This document shows, piece by piece, positions 24,966 to 36,364 of a DNA stretch of 64,000 bases. The notes beneath the pieces were generated by a model. That model worked only from the letters and a program-made list of their open reading frames with translations. It had not been told where the DNA came from and ran no database searches. The stretch lies in contig NC_086097.1 of the NCBI RefSeq assembly GCF_963921235.1, positions 212,414,001 to 212,478,000 of the forward strand, given 5' to 3'. Source of the stretch: Mobula hypostoma. Lineage: Eukaryota. Each line of letters begins with the position of its first letter. The first letter of the stretch is position 1. Both the position numbers and the translations under genes were made by a program.

Positions 24966-25394
24966 TGAAAGGTACAAACATGACCTCAGCCAAAGCCAGA
25001 TACATGGACTCATAAATTTGGATGTATATGCCACTTGAACCATTGAAACTGCTCTGTCAATTTATAATCTGATCTGAATTTAACCTCATCACTGTATTCC
25101 TATCTAGCCCTGGTAACTTTCACTAATCTTACTTGTTGTGAATCTTCCTCAAAACATTTCAATGACTCATCTCCCACTGTCTTTTGAGGAAGAAAATTCC
25201 TAAGATACACAATCTCCAGATACACACAAAAATCACCTCCTCACAATCTTAAATGGATGATTTTTAAACAATCATCAAGTTTTGTAGCATGGAAACAGGC
25301 CCCCTGGATTATCTGGTTGGCAATATTCGCGAAGCACCCATCTACATTAATCCTATGCTAATTACATCTTATTCTCACCAACTCCCACAGATTC

Positions 25395-25597
25395 CATTAC
25401 TCACCTACACATTAGGGATAATTTATAGTGGCCAGTGAAGCTACCAATTAGCATGGCTTTGGGATCTGGCAGGAAACCAGAGCACACAGAGGAATCCCAC
25501 AAAGCCATGGGGAGAATATGCGAAATTGACGCCAACAACACTGGAGGTCAGAATCTGTTGAGGCAGCAGCTCTACTAGTTGCAGTGCCATGCCACTG
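25395..25597 (-). mobile_element. V-SINE, decayed
   Basis: ggcaggaaaccagagcacacagaggaatcccac...ggggagaatatgcgaaat...gaggcagcagctctacta (reverse V domain and tRNA head). Confidence 0.75.
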
Positions 25598-25874
25598 ATG
25601 AGCTCTATTTCTCGACTCTCCCACATGAGGAAACATTTACCCTCTCTATCTACCCTCTCAAGTTCCCTCAACTTTCTATTTACTTTGATTAAGTTGTCTC
25701 TCACTTTTCTAAACGCCAGCAGATACAAACCTAACTTGTTCAATCATTCCTTGGTAAGTCAACTTCCCAAATCCTGATATTAATTAATCTAGTAAACCTT
25801 CACTTATTTACTTCCAGCAGCCTTTCTTAAAGACAAAAAACTGACACTGTATGCAGAACTTCAGATGTTACCTT

Positions 25875-26530
25875 CGAACTGGGCCTTCTGGAGCTCTCAG
25901 TTGCTTGCCATTTTAGTTCCCTCACACATCCTACACTGACATTTTTGTCCCCAGCTTCCTTCATTGCTGGTGAAGCTTAACACAAATGAGAGGAATATTC
26001 TCAAATTCTACCTGGGTAGTCCACAACGTGATGACATGAACATCAAATTCTTCAACTTCAGGTTAACTGCACCTTCTGTCTCTTTTGTCTCTTCTCCGGA
26101 CCTACCTAGTTGCTGCTACGTCCACCATCAACCTGTTTATCCCCTCCTCCACCCACTCCATCTGCCCACCCACCTCCCTTACTTAGATCCACACTCCCCC
26201 TTCCTTTCCTATAAGATTCCATCATCTGCACCACATTGTTGTCTCCACCTCTCACCTCCCCCCTCCCAGCCTCTGTCACTGTTTCCACCCTTCGTCCCTC
26301 CATTTGCCTATCAACCTTCCTCACCAGGATCCACCAATCACTTAACAGATCTTGCTCCACCCCTTCCCCTTTGCCTCTTTATACTGGCTATCTCCTTTAG
26401 TCCAGATGAAAGGCTTCAACCTGAAGTGTCCAATGTCCATATTCTTCACAGATACTGCCTCACCCAGTATGCTCTTCCAGCAATTTGTGTATTGCTCCAA
26501 ATTCCAACAACTGCAGTCTTTGTGTCTCCA
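25875..26530 (+). mobile_element. Penelope-like element 3' end: GIY-YIG endonuclease C-terminal remnant, pyrimidine tract and terminal repeat with degenerate hammerhead
   Basis: NILKFYLGSPQRDDMNIKFFNFR resembles the PLE C-terminal HLIFRLGSLQP.GMNIEFSNF motif, preceded by VACHF; cagatgaaaggcttcaacctgaag at about 26403. Confidence 0.75.
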
Positions 26531-27381
26531 TTCAGCCTAACATTTTACTTTTTTTTTAAAAAAAGAATTGGCAGAGAATGGCTTTGCAATGGAGTACAAG
26601 CTAAAATTTCAGAGAAGTACACTTGGCTGCCACACCACTTGACAATTTCACTGTTTGGATATTTTAACCTGATTTGAATGTGATGGAGAAATTGACAGAT
26701 TTTCAGCTGACTTCTTCCCCAGGATCTAGATTTTGAATGCAAGGTGCAACCATCAGGGATACTTCAATCATCAAAGAAAAACAAGATATTTTCCTTTATT
26801 TGTTGTTTGAACTGAGTGACCTTGTAAACTTTGTCTAAATCTAAATAAAGGAAAAATTTAGTTACATTATTATTTTGTACCTCGATTCATATCACTTGTG
26901 ATTTACCGTCCCTATGACAGGTTCTTCCGCATAAGTGATTGCTGTTGCTGAGAGCTGAGGAACTGCATTCATTCACTTTTCATTCCTTGGAATCGTTCTT
27001 TTCTTTTTGTGTGTTGTGATTATTTTGAAAATTTGGAAATTACTCTTTGATGGTAAATCAATTGAATAACATCCTCCACCATTTTAATAGACATGTTAAT
27101 TCATTTAGTGTCTGTTCTGAAAGAATGTAAAGAGTAATATTTTGACTGTATTATTTTAAGATTTAACTTTGTTGAATTATATTTATTCAATTCAAGGGCA
27201 AATAAGACATAAATTTGATAATATATTTCAGAAGGTCATGAAGTATTCCACAAATCTGAAAAATTACAAATATATCAAAATGACAGTGTCATGCAATAAA
27301 CGTTGGAGATGGATTACCAATTACTTGGGGAACCACTGGTGAGCTTCATGATTAGAAAAAAATAATAAACGAAGTACCTAC

Positions 27382-27624
27382 CACAGAAAGGCAGTTTGAA
27401 AGCAGAGCTCCATCTTGGCTTAACATATTAGACACTGTTATTGCAGGAAGATTCATGTTTTGTGGATTGAATTGAAGAATCCCATTCTGGGGCACTGAGT
27501 GGCAGACTGAATGGTAGCCAGAGTCTGTGTCAGTCAGGTGAAGGAGTGAATGGTCCGGCATTGAAGGAGGAGTAATTGGAGGGATATCAAAATCTTCATC
27601 TCCAATGCTTGGGACTGGGTATGA
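27382..27624 (-). CDS. TOX: Internal coding exon (equivalent to exon 3) of thymocyte selection-associated HMG box protein TOX, N-terminal region
   Basis: Translates to SYPVPSIGDEDFDIPPITPPSMPDHSLLHLTDTDSGYHSVCHSVPQNGILQFNPQNMNLPAITVSNMLSQDGALLSNCLSV, closely matching the TOX IPPITPP...PDHSL...GYHS.CH...QNM.LP.ITVSNML.QDG.LLSN segment and closer to TOX than to TOX2/3/4. Acceptor ctgcttctttccacag (AG at 27626-27625), donor GTAGGT (GT at 27381-27380). 243 bp = 81 codons, phase 0 at both ends. Confidence 0.95.
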
Positions 27625-28166
27625 CTGTGGAAAGAAGCAGCAATTTTTATATTTTAATAATGATTGCAAGTTTTAAAAAATGGTTTCCTCAGACAATTTC
27701 AGTACTCACTATAAATTTGACTGAGAGATGAATGGAACTCATTACAGAATTTCTAACCACCAGTTACAATAATTGCTATCAACCAGAATTTATCATTTTA
27801 ATTTGGAGAATGTTGTAAAAGCACTCAATTCAGGCAGAATAGAGCACTGAAGTTTGAATGCAATGAATTCAAAGCTTTCTATATACAGATCAAACCACAC
27901 AGTCTGGAACCCAGATTTAACTTTGTAAAGTAACAAGAAAACTGAAATTATAATTGGAAAATATCCATGTTATTTTTTTTTGAACCTAATGCTAATGAAA
28001 TTCATTTTAAAAGACTGATAATTAAATTAGAAATCTGAAAAGTGCTTTAGAACTGCCATTGGCAGTAACACGAAATAAGCAATGACACAATAAAGACTGA
28101 AGTGTGCAAAAGGCAAATTAATGCTGTTGTGTATGGCAATGACTGCCCCATCCTTTAGGATATATT

Positions 28167-28340
28167 CTCTTCTTCCTATGTGGTCCCTTGGGATTGAGGA
28201 TGACTTGTTTCCAATCAAGTTCCTTTGGCGCTGATGTGACTGATGAAGCCAATGAGAGACCCACGGACCTTATCACAGATGGGACAGGAGTGGCAGGTGG
28301 ATAGTTTGAGGTGGTGTGCTCCTTCTGCTGTTTGTAATTC
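28167..28340 (-). mobile_element. RTE-clade LINE 3' end
   Basis: C-terminal zinc-finger-like CPICDKVRGSLIGFISH, short 3' UTR stem-loop region (atcctcaatcccaaggga) and ggaagaagagaga tail on the minus strand. Confidence 0.65.
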
Positions 28341-28559
28341 AGATGAAGGTGACACTGACAGGGCCCAGCTGACATTGAAATACCTGATATAGAACAAGGA
28401 CAAACACTTCTGAAGGAAAATGGATTGAACATCAGGATAGTTATGGCTCCATTTTACACCAGTCAAGGATACAAAGGAATTAGATTAGGTCACATAAGCT
28501 AATTTATGGTGGTTATGGCAGCACTATCACTTTGGTCTAGTGTGTGAGTCTATGAACGG

Positions 28560-28797
28560 CAGGACAACACACACTGAATGCGAGAGGAATTCAGAAGGCT
28601 GGACAACATTCCAAGGAAAAGAATAGACAGTGGACGCTTTGGGCCTAGAACCTTCGCCAGGACCTGATGAAAGGTCTTGGCCCGAAATGTCGACTGTTTA
28701 CTCTTTTCCATAGAATGCTGCCTGGCTTACTGAGTTCCTCCAGCTTTTTGTGTGTGTTGCTTTGGATTTCCAGCATCTGCAGATTTTCTTGTGTTTG
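28560..28797. mobile_element. Head-to-head inverted pair of Penelope terminal repeats with a minimal hammerhead motif
   Basis: Symmetry centre at about 28661; right arm CTGATGA (28664-28670) aaggtcttggccc GAAA tgt c gact. Confidence 0.8.
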
Positions 28798-29559
28798 TGA
28801 ACAACAGTCTTTCTTGTGCCTGGTGTCAGTGATATGTGAATGTAAGGGGTAGGTACCTGTGCTATGTGCCTGTGACACTGCTCCAAGTGTTTCGTTGCAC
28901 TTGTGCATGTGACAATAAACTCAATTTTAAGTTATGACAAAAGCTGGGTAAACGGGTTATATTCCAGGAAGATAAGCTGGTTTATGAATGATCTGAGTGA
29001 ACATAATATATCAAAATTAATTGCAAAAAGACACAGAGTTAGTAAGCGGATTACCTCCAAAGAAAGGGTTGTTTTTATGTTGTGCCTCAGAGTTTTGTGG
29101 TTCAGGATGAATGTACAAAATATTTTCTTCAAAGTTTGCCATAGATGTCTCAGTACTGAACAGGCCAAAAATTGGTGAGATGCCCAAGATTCACTTTGTC
29201 CCCATTTGAAGTAAATATCCTCAAGGAATATTCTGCATTAAATGTGGAAGCTCTATGTATTCATAGCACTTCCCACTTATATTCACGCAAGAAAAGCAAG
29301 TCAGGCAGGGAGCTTTTGCTATGATTAGAGATAAGATCTAAAGAGTGTTCCTCTTGGTCTAACCTTCTCTATTTTTCCAAGTTCTGAAACTTAAGTATTT
29401 TCCTTCATTCTGGTTATAATTACTTATGAAAAGCATATTTATATTGCACTAAAAGTACATACTTCTCATGTTAGATTTGAATATCTATTTTGTAGTCCAC
29501 CACTTGTATTGGATAAGTCCACTGCTATTCTACGCATTTGTCAATTAACATAGACCCAA

Positions 29560-29690
29560 GAGATTCAGAGAATGCTGGAAATCCAGAGCAACACACACAC
29601 ACAAAATGCTGAAAGAACTCAGCAAGTCAGGCAGCATCTATGGAGAGGAATAAAGAGTCAATGTTTCTGGCTGAGACCCTCCATCAGTCT
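29560..29690 (-). mobile_element. Penelope-derived terminal repeat
   Basis: atgctggaaatccagagcaacacacac...tgtttctggctgagaccctccatcagtc. Confidence 0.75.
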
Positions 29691-29929
29691 AACTCGTTTA
29701 TGCTGACCAAGATGCCACGCTAATCCCATTTGCCTGTGTTTGGATCATACCCTTCTAAACCTTTCCTATCCCCATAGAAGACCAAATATCTTTTAAATGT
29801 TGTAGTCATTGCACAGACAGACAACGTGCACCACCTGCCTTCAGCAATCCTCTTTGCCATTTTCTCAAAAACCTATTATATTTACAATACACATTCTCCT
29901 ATGAACAAAGGCTTATCCCAAGCTTACTC

Positions 29930-30462
29930 TTTTGATTGGCGAGAGCAGAGGCGAGTGGGTGTTCAGCCCCGTCTGCTTGTACTTGACTCCCTCTCCCACT
30001 CGTTCGCTGCTGCTCAAGGAAGGTGCAGGAATCTCGGGTCTTGTTCAAGGTTTAGTCAGCGCGACTGGTGAATTGGACCCATTTTTATAAGACTCTGTGG
30101 CTGATGTTACATGTTATTCTGGTTTTGGGGTATTCTTTTTTTAAAAATGCTATTTTGATGAGGCATTTCAACATTGGCAGGCTCTGCAGCCTGCAGTCAA
30201 CAAACGATACAGCGCTCAATTGAACTGAAATGAACTAAACCGAAACCAGACAGTTTCAAGGACTCTGTAGTTTGAAGTTTAATATTCTGTGTGTTATTCA
30301 GTTGCTTTTGGCAAAATTTGTCCCTTTTTTCACATGATGGGCATTTGATGTATTCCTTGAACAGGTCCCATGGTGTTTCTTTGCTTCATGGCTGCCTGTG
30401 GAGAGACGAATCTCAGGCTCGTACACTGTATACGTACTTCGATAATACATGTACTTTGAAAT
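29930..30462 (+). mobile_element. Non-coding interspersed repeat with Rex1-type 3' tail (copy 1)
   Basis: Shares blocks with 59040-59635 (tgttcagc.ccgtctgc, tctcccactcg, gctgcctg...aatctcagg...atgtactttgaaa). Confidence 0.65.
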
Positions 30463-30806
30463 TCTGAGTCCAGTTCCAGTGAATCCTGTCCCTCTGAGTT
30501 TTTTCCAGAAACCTCCCCACTGCTAATGTAAGGTTCTTTGGCTTGTACTTCTGGTTGCCTCACTACAGAAAGGACGTCGAGCCCTGTGAGTGGGTGCTCA
30601 AGAGGCTCAGCAGCATATTACCTGGATTGGAGAGTATTAGATATCAAACGGATGGTGAAAAAACAAAGGTAGCGTGCATTTAGACTGTCAAGAAGGGCAG
30701 GCAGATGATAGGACAAAATTGCAGCCAGCAGGGTGAGTATCAGTGCATTAGGGATGCAGAATCAAACCGGGTAGCAAATGCAGAACTCAAAGTGTTATAT
30801 CTCAAT

Positions 30807-31550
30807 TTGAAGACAGAATATAATATAAATGGTGATACCCCAGTGTGGAGTATCTGAGAGATCTTGGGGTCCGTGTCAATAGGACACTCAAAGCTGTTGC
30901 ACAGCTTGACAGTGTTGTTAAGAAGGCATATGGTGTGTTGGCATTCATCAACCGTGGGATAGAGTTTAAGAGCCATGAGGTAATGTTACGGCTATATAAG
31001 AGCTTGGTCAGACCCCACTTGAAGTACTGTGTTCAGTTCTGGTCACCTCACTATAGGAAGAATGTGGACATTATAGACAGAGTGCAAAAGAGATGTACAA
31101 GGGTGTTGCCTGGATGGAGGAGAATAGGTTGAGTATACTTAGCCTTTTCTCCTTGGAGCGACGGAGGATGAGAGGTGACCTAATAGAGGTGTATAAGATG
31201 ATGAGGGGCACTGATTGTGTGGATAGCCAGAGGCTTTTTTCCAGGGCTGAAATGGTTAACAGGAGGGGGCATAGTATTAAGATGCTTGGAAATAGGTACC
31301 AAGGGGATGTTAGGGTTAAGATTTTCACACGTAGAGTGGTGGGTGCATGGAATGCACTGCTGGCAGGGGTGGTGGAAGCGGATACAATAGAGTCTTTTAA
31401 GAGCCTCTTAAATACGTACATGGAGCTTAAAAAAATAAGAGGACTATGCGCTAGGGAAATTCTAGGCAGTCTCTAGAGTAGGTGACATGGTCGGCACAAT
31501 ATTGTGGGCTGAAGGGCCTGAAATGTGCTGTAGATTTCTATATTCTATGT
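30807..31550 (+). mobile_element. Nested CR1 3' fragment
   Basis: ORFs 30845-31132 and 31093-31476; tail tttctatattctatgt; tcaat direct repeat at 30802-30806 and 31551-31555. Confidence 0.88.
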
Positions 31551-33424
31551 TCAATGCATGGAGTATAAGAAATAAGGTGGAAGATATTGTTGCACTTTGT
31601 TGTACAAATCATTAGAAAGATGTGAAATTGGATTGGAAGATGTTGAATCCTTGCGGGTTGTGTTAAAAAACTGCAAGGGTAAAAGGACCCTAATGGCAGT
31701 TGTACACCAGCCTCCAAACAGTAGCTGTGATGTTAACTACAGATTACAACTTGAAATTGAAAAGGCCAATGTTATGATAGTCATAGGAGATTTTAATAAG
31801 CACGTAGATTAGGGAGATCAAGTTGGTAATGGATCTCAAGACAGCGAATGCCTCCGAGATTTTTTTTTTAAGAGCAGTTTGTTGTTGAGCCGACTAAGGG
31901 ATCAGCTATACTGGATTGGGTGCTATGTATTGAACTGGAGCTGATTAGGGAGCTTAAAGTAAAGGAAAATTTAGGAGGCAGGCATCCCAATATGATTGAG
32001 TTCAACTTGAAATTTGATAGGGAGAAAGTAAAGTCTGATATAGCAGTATTTCAGTGGAGCAAAGGAAATTACAGTGTTATGAGAGAGGAGTTGGCCAGAG
32101 TAAATTGGAAGGAGGTACTGGCAGGGAAGACGGCAGAGTCCTCTTCCAAAAAATGAAGGAAGACCCAAATGGCAAAATAGTACAATCATATCTGACAAAG
32201 GAAGTCAAAGCTAATGTAAAAGCAAAAGAGAGGGCATACAACAAAGCAAAAATTAGTGGTAAGATAAATTCGGAAGTTTTTAAAAACCTACAGAAAGCAA
32301 CTAAAAGAATCATTAGGAGGGAAATGATGAAATATAAAAGCAAGCTGCAACAATATCAAGGTGAGTAGAAAAAGATTTTTCAAGTATATAAAAAATAAAA
32401 GAGAGATGAGAGTGGGTATAAGACCTCTAGAAAATGTGGCCAGAGAGATAATAATGGGAGATCAGGAGATTGCAGATGAATAACTATTTTGCATCAGTCT
32501 TCACTGTGGATGGCACTAGCAGTGTGCCAGGTGTTAAAGGGTGTGAGGGAAGAGAAGTGAATGCAGGCACTAGTACAAGGGAAAAGGTGATCAAAAAGCT
32601 GAAAGACCGAAGGGTACATAAGCCGCCCGAACCAGATGAACTGCACCCTAGGGTTCTGAAAGAAGCAGTGGTAGAGATTGATAGAGATTGTGGAGGCACT
32701 AGTAATGATCTTTCAAAAATCATTGGATTCTGGCATGGTTCCAGAGGACTGGAAAATTGCAAATGTCATACCACTCTTTAAGAACGGACAGAGGCAGCAG
32801 AAAGGAAACTATAGATCAGTTAGCCTGACCTCAGTGGTTCCGAAGATGTTGGAGTCAATTGTTAATGATGAGGCTATGGAGTAATTGGTGACACGGGACA
32901 AAATAGGACAAAGTCAGCATGGTTTCCTTAAAGGAAAATCTTGTCTGACGACCTATTGGAATTGGTTGAGGAGATTACAAGTTGGATAGATAAAAGGGAT
33001 GCAGTGGATGTTATATATTTGGATTTCCAGAAGGCCTTTGACAAGGTGACACACATGAAACTGCTTACCAAGTTAACAGCCCATGATATTACAGGAAAGT
33101 TTCTAACATGGTTAGATCATTGGCTGATTGGAAGGAGGCAGCATTGGTGGGAATAAAAGGATCCTTTTCTGATTGGCTGCCAGTGACAAGTGGTGTACCG
33201 CAGGGGTCGGTGTTGGGATCGCTTCTCTTTATGCAGTATATCAATGATTTTGATGGTGGAATAGACGGCTTTGTTGCCAAGTTTGCAGATGATACAAAGA
33301 TTGGTAGTGTTGAGGAAACAGGTAGGCCGCAGAAGGACTTAGACAGATTAGGAGAATGGGCTAGAGAGTGGCAAATGAAATACAATGTTGGAATATGCAT
33401 GGTCATGCACTTCGGTTGAAGAAA

Positions 33425-35220
33425 TAAGACCATAAGATATAGGAGCAGAAGTAGGCCATTTGGCCCATCGAGTCTGCTCTACCATTCAATCATGGGCTGA
33501 TCCAATTCTTCCAGTCATCCCCACTCTCCTGCTTTCTCACCATACCCTTTGATGCCCTGGCTAATCAAGAACCTATCTCTGCCTTAAATACACCCAATGA
33601 CTTGGCCTCCACAGCCGCTCGTGGCAACAAATTCCACAGATTTACCACCCTCTGACTAAAGTAATTTCTCCGCATCTCTGTTCTAAATGGACATCAATCC
33701 TGAAGTCGTACCCTCTTGTCCTAGTCTCCCCTACCATGGGAAATAATGTTGCCATATCTAATCTGTTCAGGCCTTTCAATATTCAGAATGTTTCTATGAG
33801 ATCTCCCCTTCATTCTCCTGAACTCCAGAGAATACAGCCCAAGAGCTGCCAAACATTCCTCATACAGTAACCCTTTCATTCTTGGAATCATTCTCATGAA
33901 TCTTCTGTGAACCCTCTCCAATGTCAGTATATCCTTTCTAAAATAAGGAGCCCAAAACAGCACACAATACTCTAAGTGTGGTCTCAAGAGTGCCTTATAG
34001 AGCCTCAACATCACACCCCTGCTCTTATATTCTATATCTCTAGAAATGAATGCCAACATTGCATTCATCTTCTTCACCACCGACTCAACCTGGAGGTTAA
34101 CCTTCAGGGTATCCTGCACAAGGACTCCCAAGTCCCTTTGCATCTCTGCATTTTGAATTCTCTCCCCATCTAAATAATAGTCTGCCCATTTATTTCTTCC
34201 ACCAAAGTTCATGACCATACACTTTCCAACATTGTATTTCATTTGCCACTTCTTTGCCCATTCCCCTAAACTATCTAAGTCTCTCCGCAGGCTCTCTGTT
34301 TCCTCAACACTATCCACTCCCACTCCTATCTTTGTATCATCGGCAAATTTAGCCACAAATCCATTAATACCATAGTCCAAATCATTAACATACATCAGAA
34401 AAAGCAGCGATCTCAAAACCAACCCCTGGCAGCCAGCCAGCCAGCCAGAATAGGATCCCTTTATTCCCACACTCTGTTTTCTGCCAATCAGCCAATGCTC
34501 TACCCATGCTAGTCACTTCCCTGTAATTCCATGGGCTCTTACCTTGCTAAGCAGCCTCATGTGCGGCACCTTGTCAAAGGCCATCTGAAAATCCAAGTAC
34601 AACACATCTATCGCATTTCCTTTGTCTACCCTGCTTGTAATTTCCTCAAAAAAAGTAGGTTAGTCAGGCGGGATTTTCCTTTCAGGAAACCATGCTGGCT
34701 TTGGCCTATCTTGTAATCTCATCCCTAACAATCTATTACCATAACTTCCCAACCACTGCTGTCAGGCTAATAGGTCTATAGTTTCCTTTCTGTTGCCTCC
34801 CACCCTTCTTAAATAGTGGAGTAACATTTGCAATTTTCCAGTCATCCGGTACAATGCCAGAATCTATCGGTTCTTGAAAGATGATCGTTAATGCCTCCGC
34901 GAACTCTCCAGCTACTATCTTCAGAACCCAAGGGTGCATTCCATCAGGTCCAGGAGATTTATCCACCCTCAGACCATTAAGCTTCCTGAGCATCTTCTCA
35001 GTCATAATTTTTCCTGCACATACTTCACATCCCTGACACTCTTGAATGTCTGGTATACTGCAGATGTCTTCCACTGTGAAGACTGATGCAAAATATGTAT
35101 TCAGTTCGTCTGCCATCTCTGCATCTCTCATTACAATATCTCCAGCGACATTTCCTATTGGTCCTATATCTACCCTTAACTCTCTTTTACCCTTTACATA
35201 ATTAAAAAATGCTTTTTGTA
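33425..35220 (-). mobile_element. Nested CR1 LINE (RT region to 3' tail)
   Basis: ORFs 34736-35275 and 33721-34470 (SPGPDGMHPWVLK, KFADDTK, LRPHLEYC); tail taagaccataagatatagg. Confidence 0.92.
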
Positions 35221-36004
35221 TCTTCGTGTGGATTGTTTTCAAAGCGGGGATAAAATCCAAGCATCTGAGATACAAAAGGACTTGTGAGTCCTTTTGCAGA
35301 ACACCTTAAAGGTTAACTTGCAGGTTGAGTCATTGATGAGGAAGGCAAATGCCATGTTAGCATTCATTTCAAGAGGTCTAGAATACAAGAGCAGGGATGA
35401 GATGCTGATAACTTTATAAGACAATGGTGAGGCCTCCCCTTGAGTATTGTGAACAGTTTAGGGCTTCTTATCTAAGAAAAGATGTGCTGGCGTTGGAGAG
35501 GATTCAGAGTAGGTTCACAAGGATGATTCCGGGAAAGAAAGGGTTAGCATATGAGGAACGTTTGATAGCTCTGGGCCTGTACTCACTGGAAATTAAAAAG
35601 GATGAGGGGGGAGGGATTTGATTGAAACCTGTCAAATGTTGAAAGATGTAGATCTGGAAAGGATGTTTCCCATAGTGGGGGAGACTAGGACCAGAGAGCA
35701 CAGCCTCAGGATAGAGGGGCATCCATTCAAAACAGAGATGTAGAGAAATTTCTTTAGCGAAATGGTGGTGAATTTGTAGAATTTGTTACCACAGGCAGCT
35801 GTGGAGGCCAGGTCGTTGGATGTATTTTAGATGGAAACTGATAGGTTCTTGATTGGCCACTGCATCAAAGGTTATGGGGAGAAGGCCAGGGAGTGGGGCT
35901 GAGGAGGGGAGAACAGGATCAGCCACAATAGAATGGTGGAGCAGACTCAATGAGCCAAATAGCCCAATTTGCTCCTATGTCTTATGGTCTTACGTTCTTC
36001 TGGT

Positions 36005-36364
36005 AAAGGGACATCTGATAGAAGTATGAAAAATTATGAGCGGTATGGATAGGATAGATAGTCAGAATATTTTTCCTAGGGTGACAAATGCAAATACTAG
36101 AGGGCATATGTTTAAGATAAAAGTGTAAGATGTTAAAGGAGTTTTGTGATTTTTTTTTTTACACAGTGAATGGTAGGTGATGGGGAAGGTGATAGAAACC
36201 AATACGATAGTGTTGCTTAAGAGACACTTAGACAGACACATGAATGTGCAGAGAATGAAGGGATACAGACCATGTGTAAACAGATGGGAATAATTAAATT
36301 GGTATCACGGGCAGTGTAGACATGGTGAGCGAAAGGGTCTTTTCATACACTGTACTGTTCTATG
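36005..36364 (+). mobile_element. Old CR1 3' fragment
   Basis: GHLIEV.KIMSGMDRID-like sequence; tail ctgtactgttctatg. Confidence 0.65.

Larger units (their letters stand above)
30640..35992 (+). mobile_element. Long decayed CR1 LINE (ORF1/ORF2 junction, APE, RT, 3' tail) carrying two nested CR1 insertions
   Basis: LYLN|AWSIRNKV APE start split at 30806/31551; IGDFN; PDELHPRVLKE; YLDFQKAFDKV; KFADDTK; resumes at about 35230 through to cttatggtctt. Confidence 0.88.

Noticed and set aside
25964..26677. 237-aa proline-rich ORF
   Set aside because: Penelope endonuclease tail plus pyrimidine-rich UTR read in frame by chance.
27352..27669. ORF-track 105-aa protein as a complete gene
   Set aside because: Only 27382-27624 is exon; the flanking residues are intronic read-through beyond canonical splice sites.
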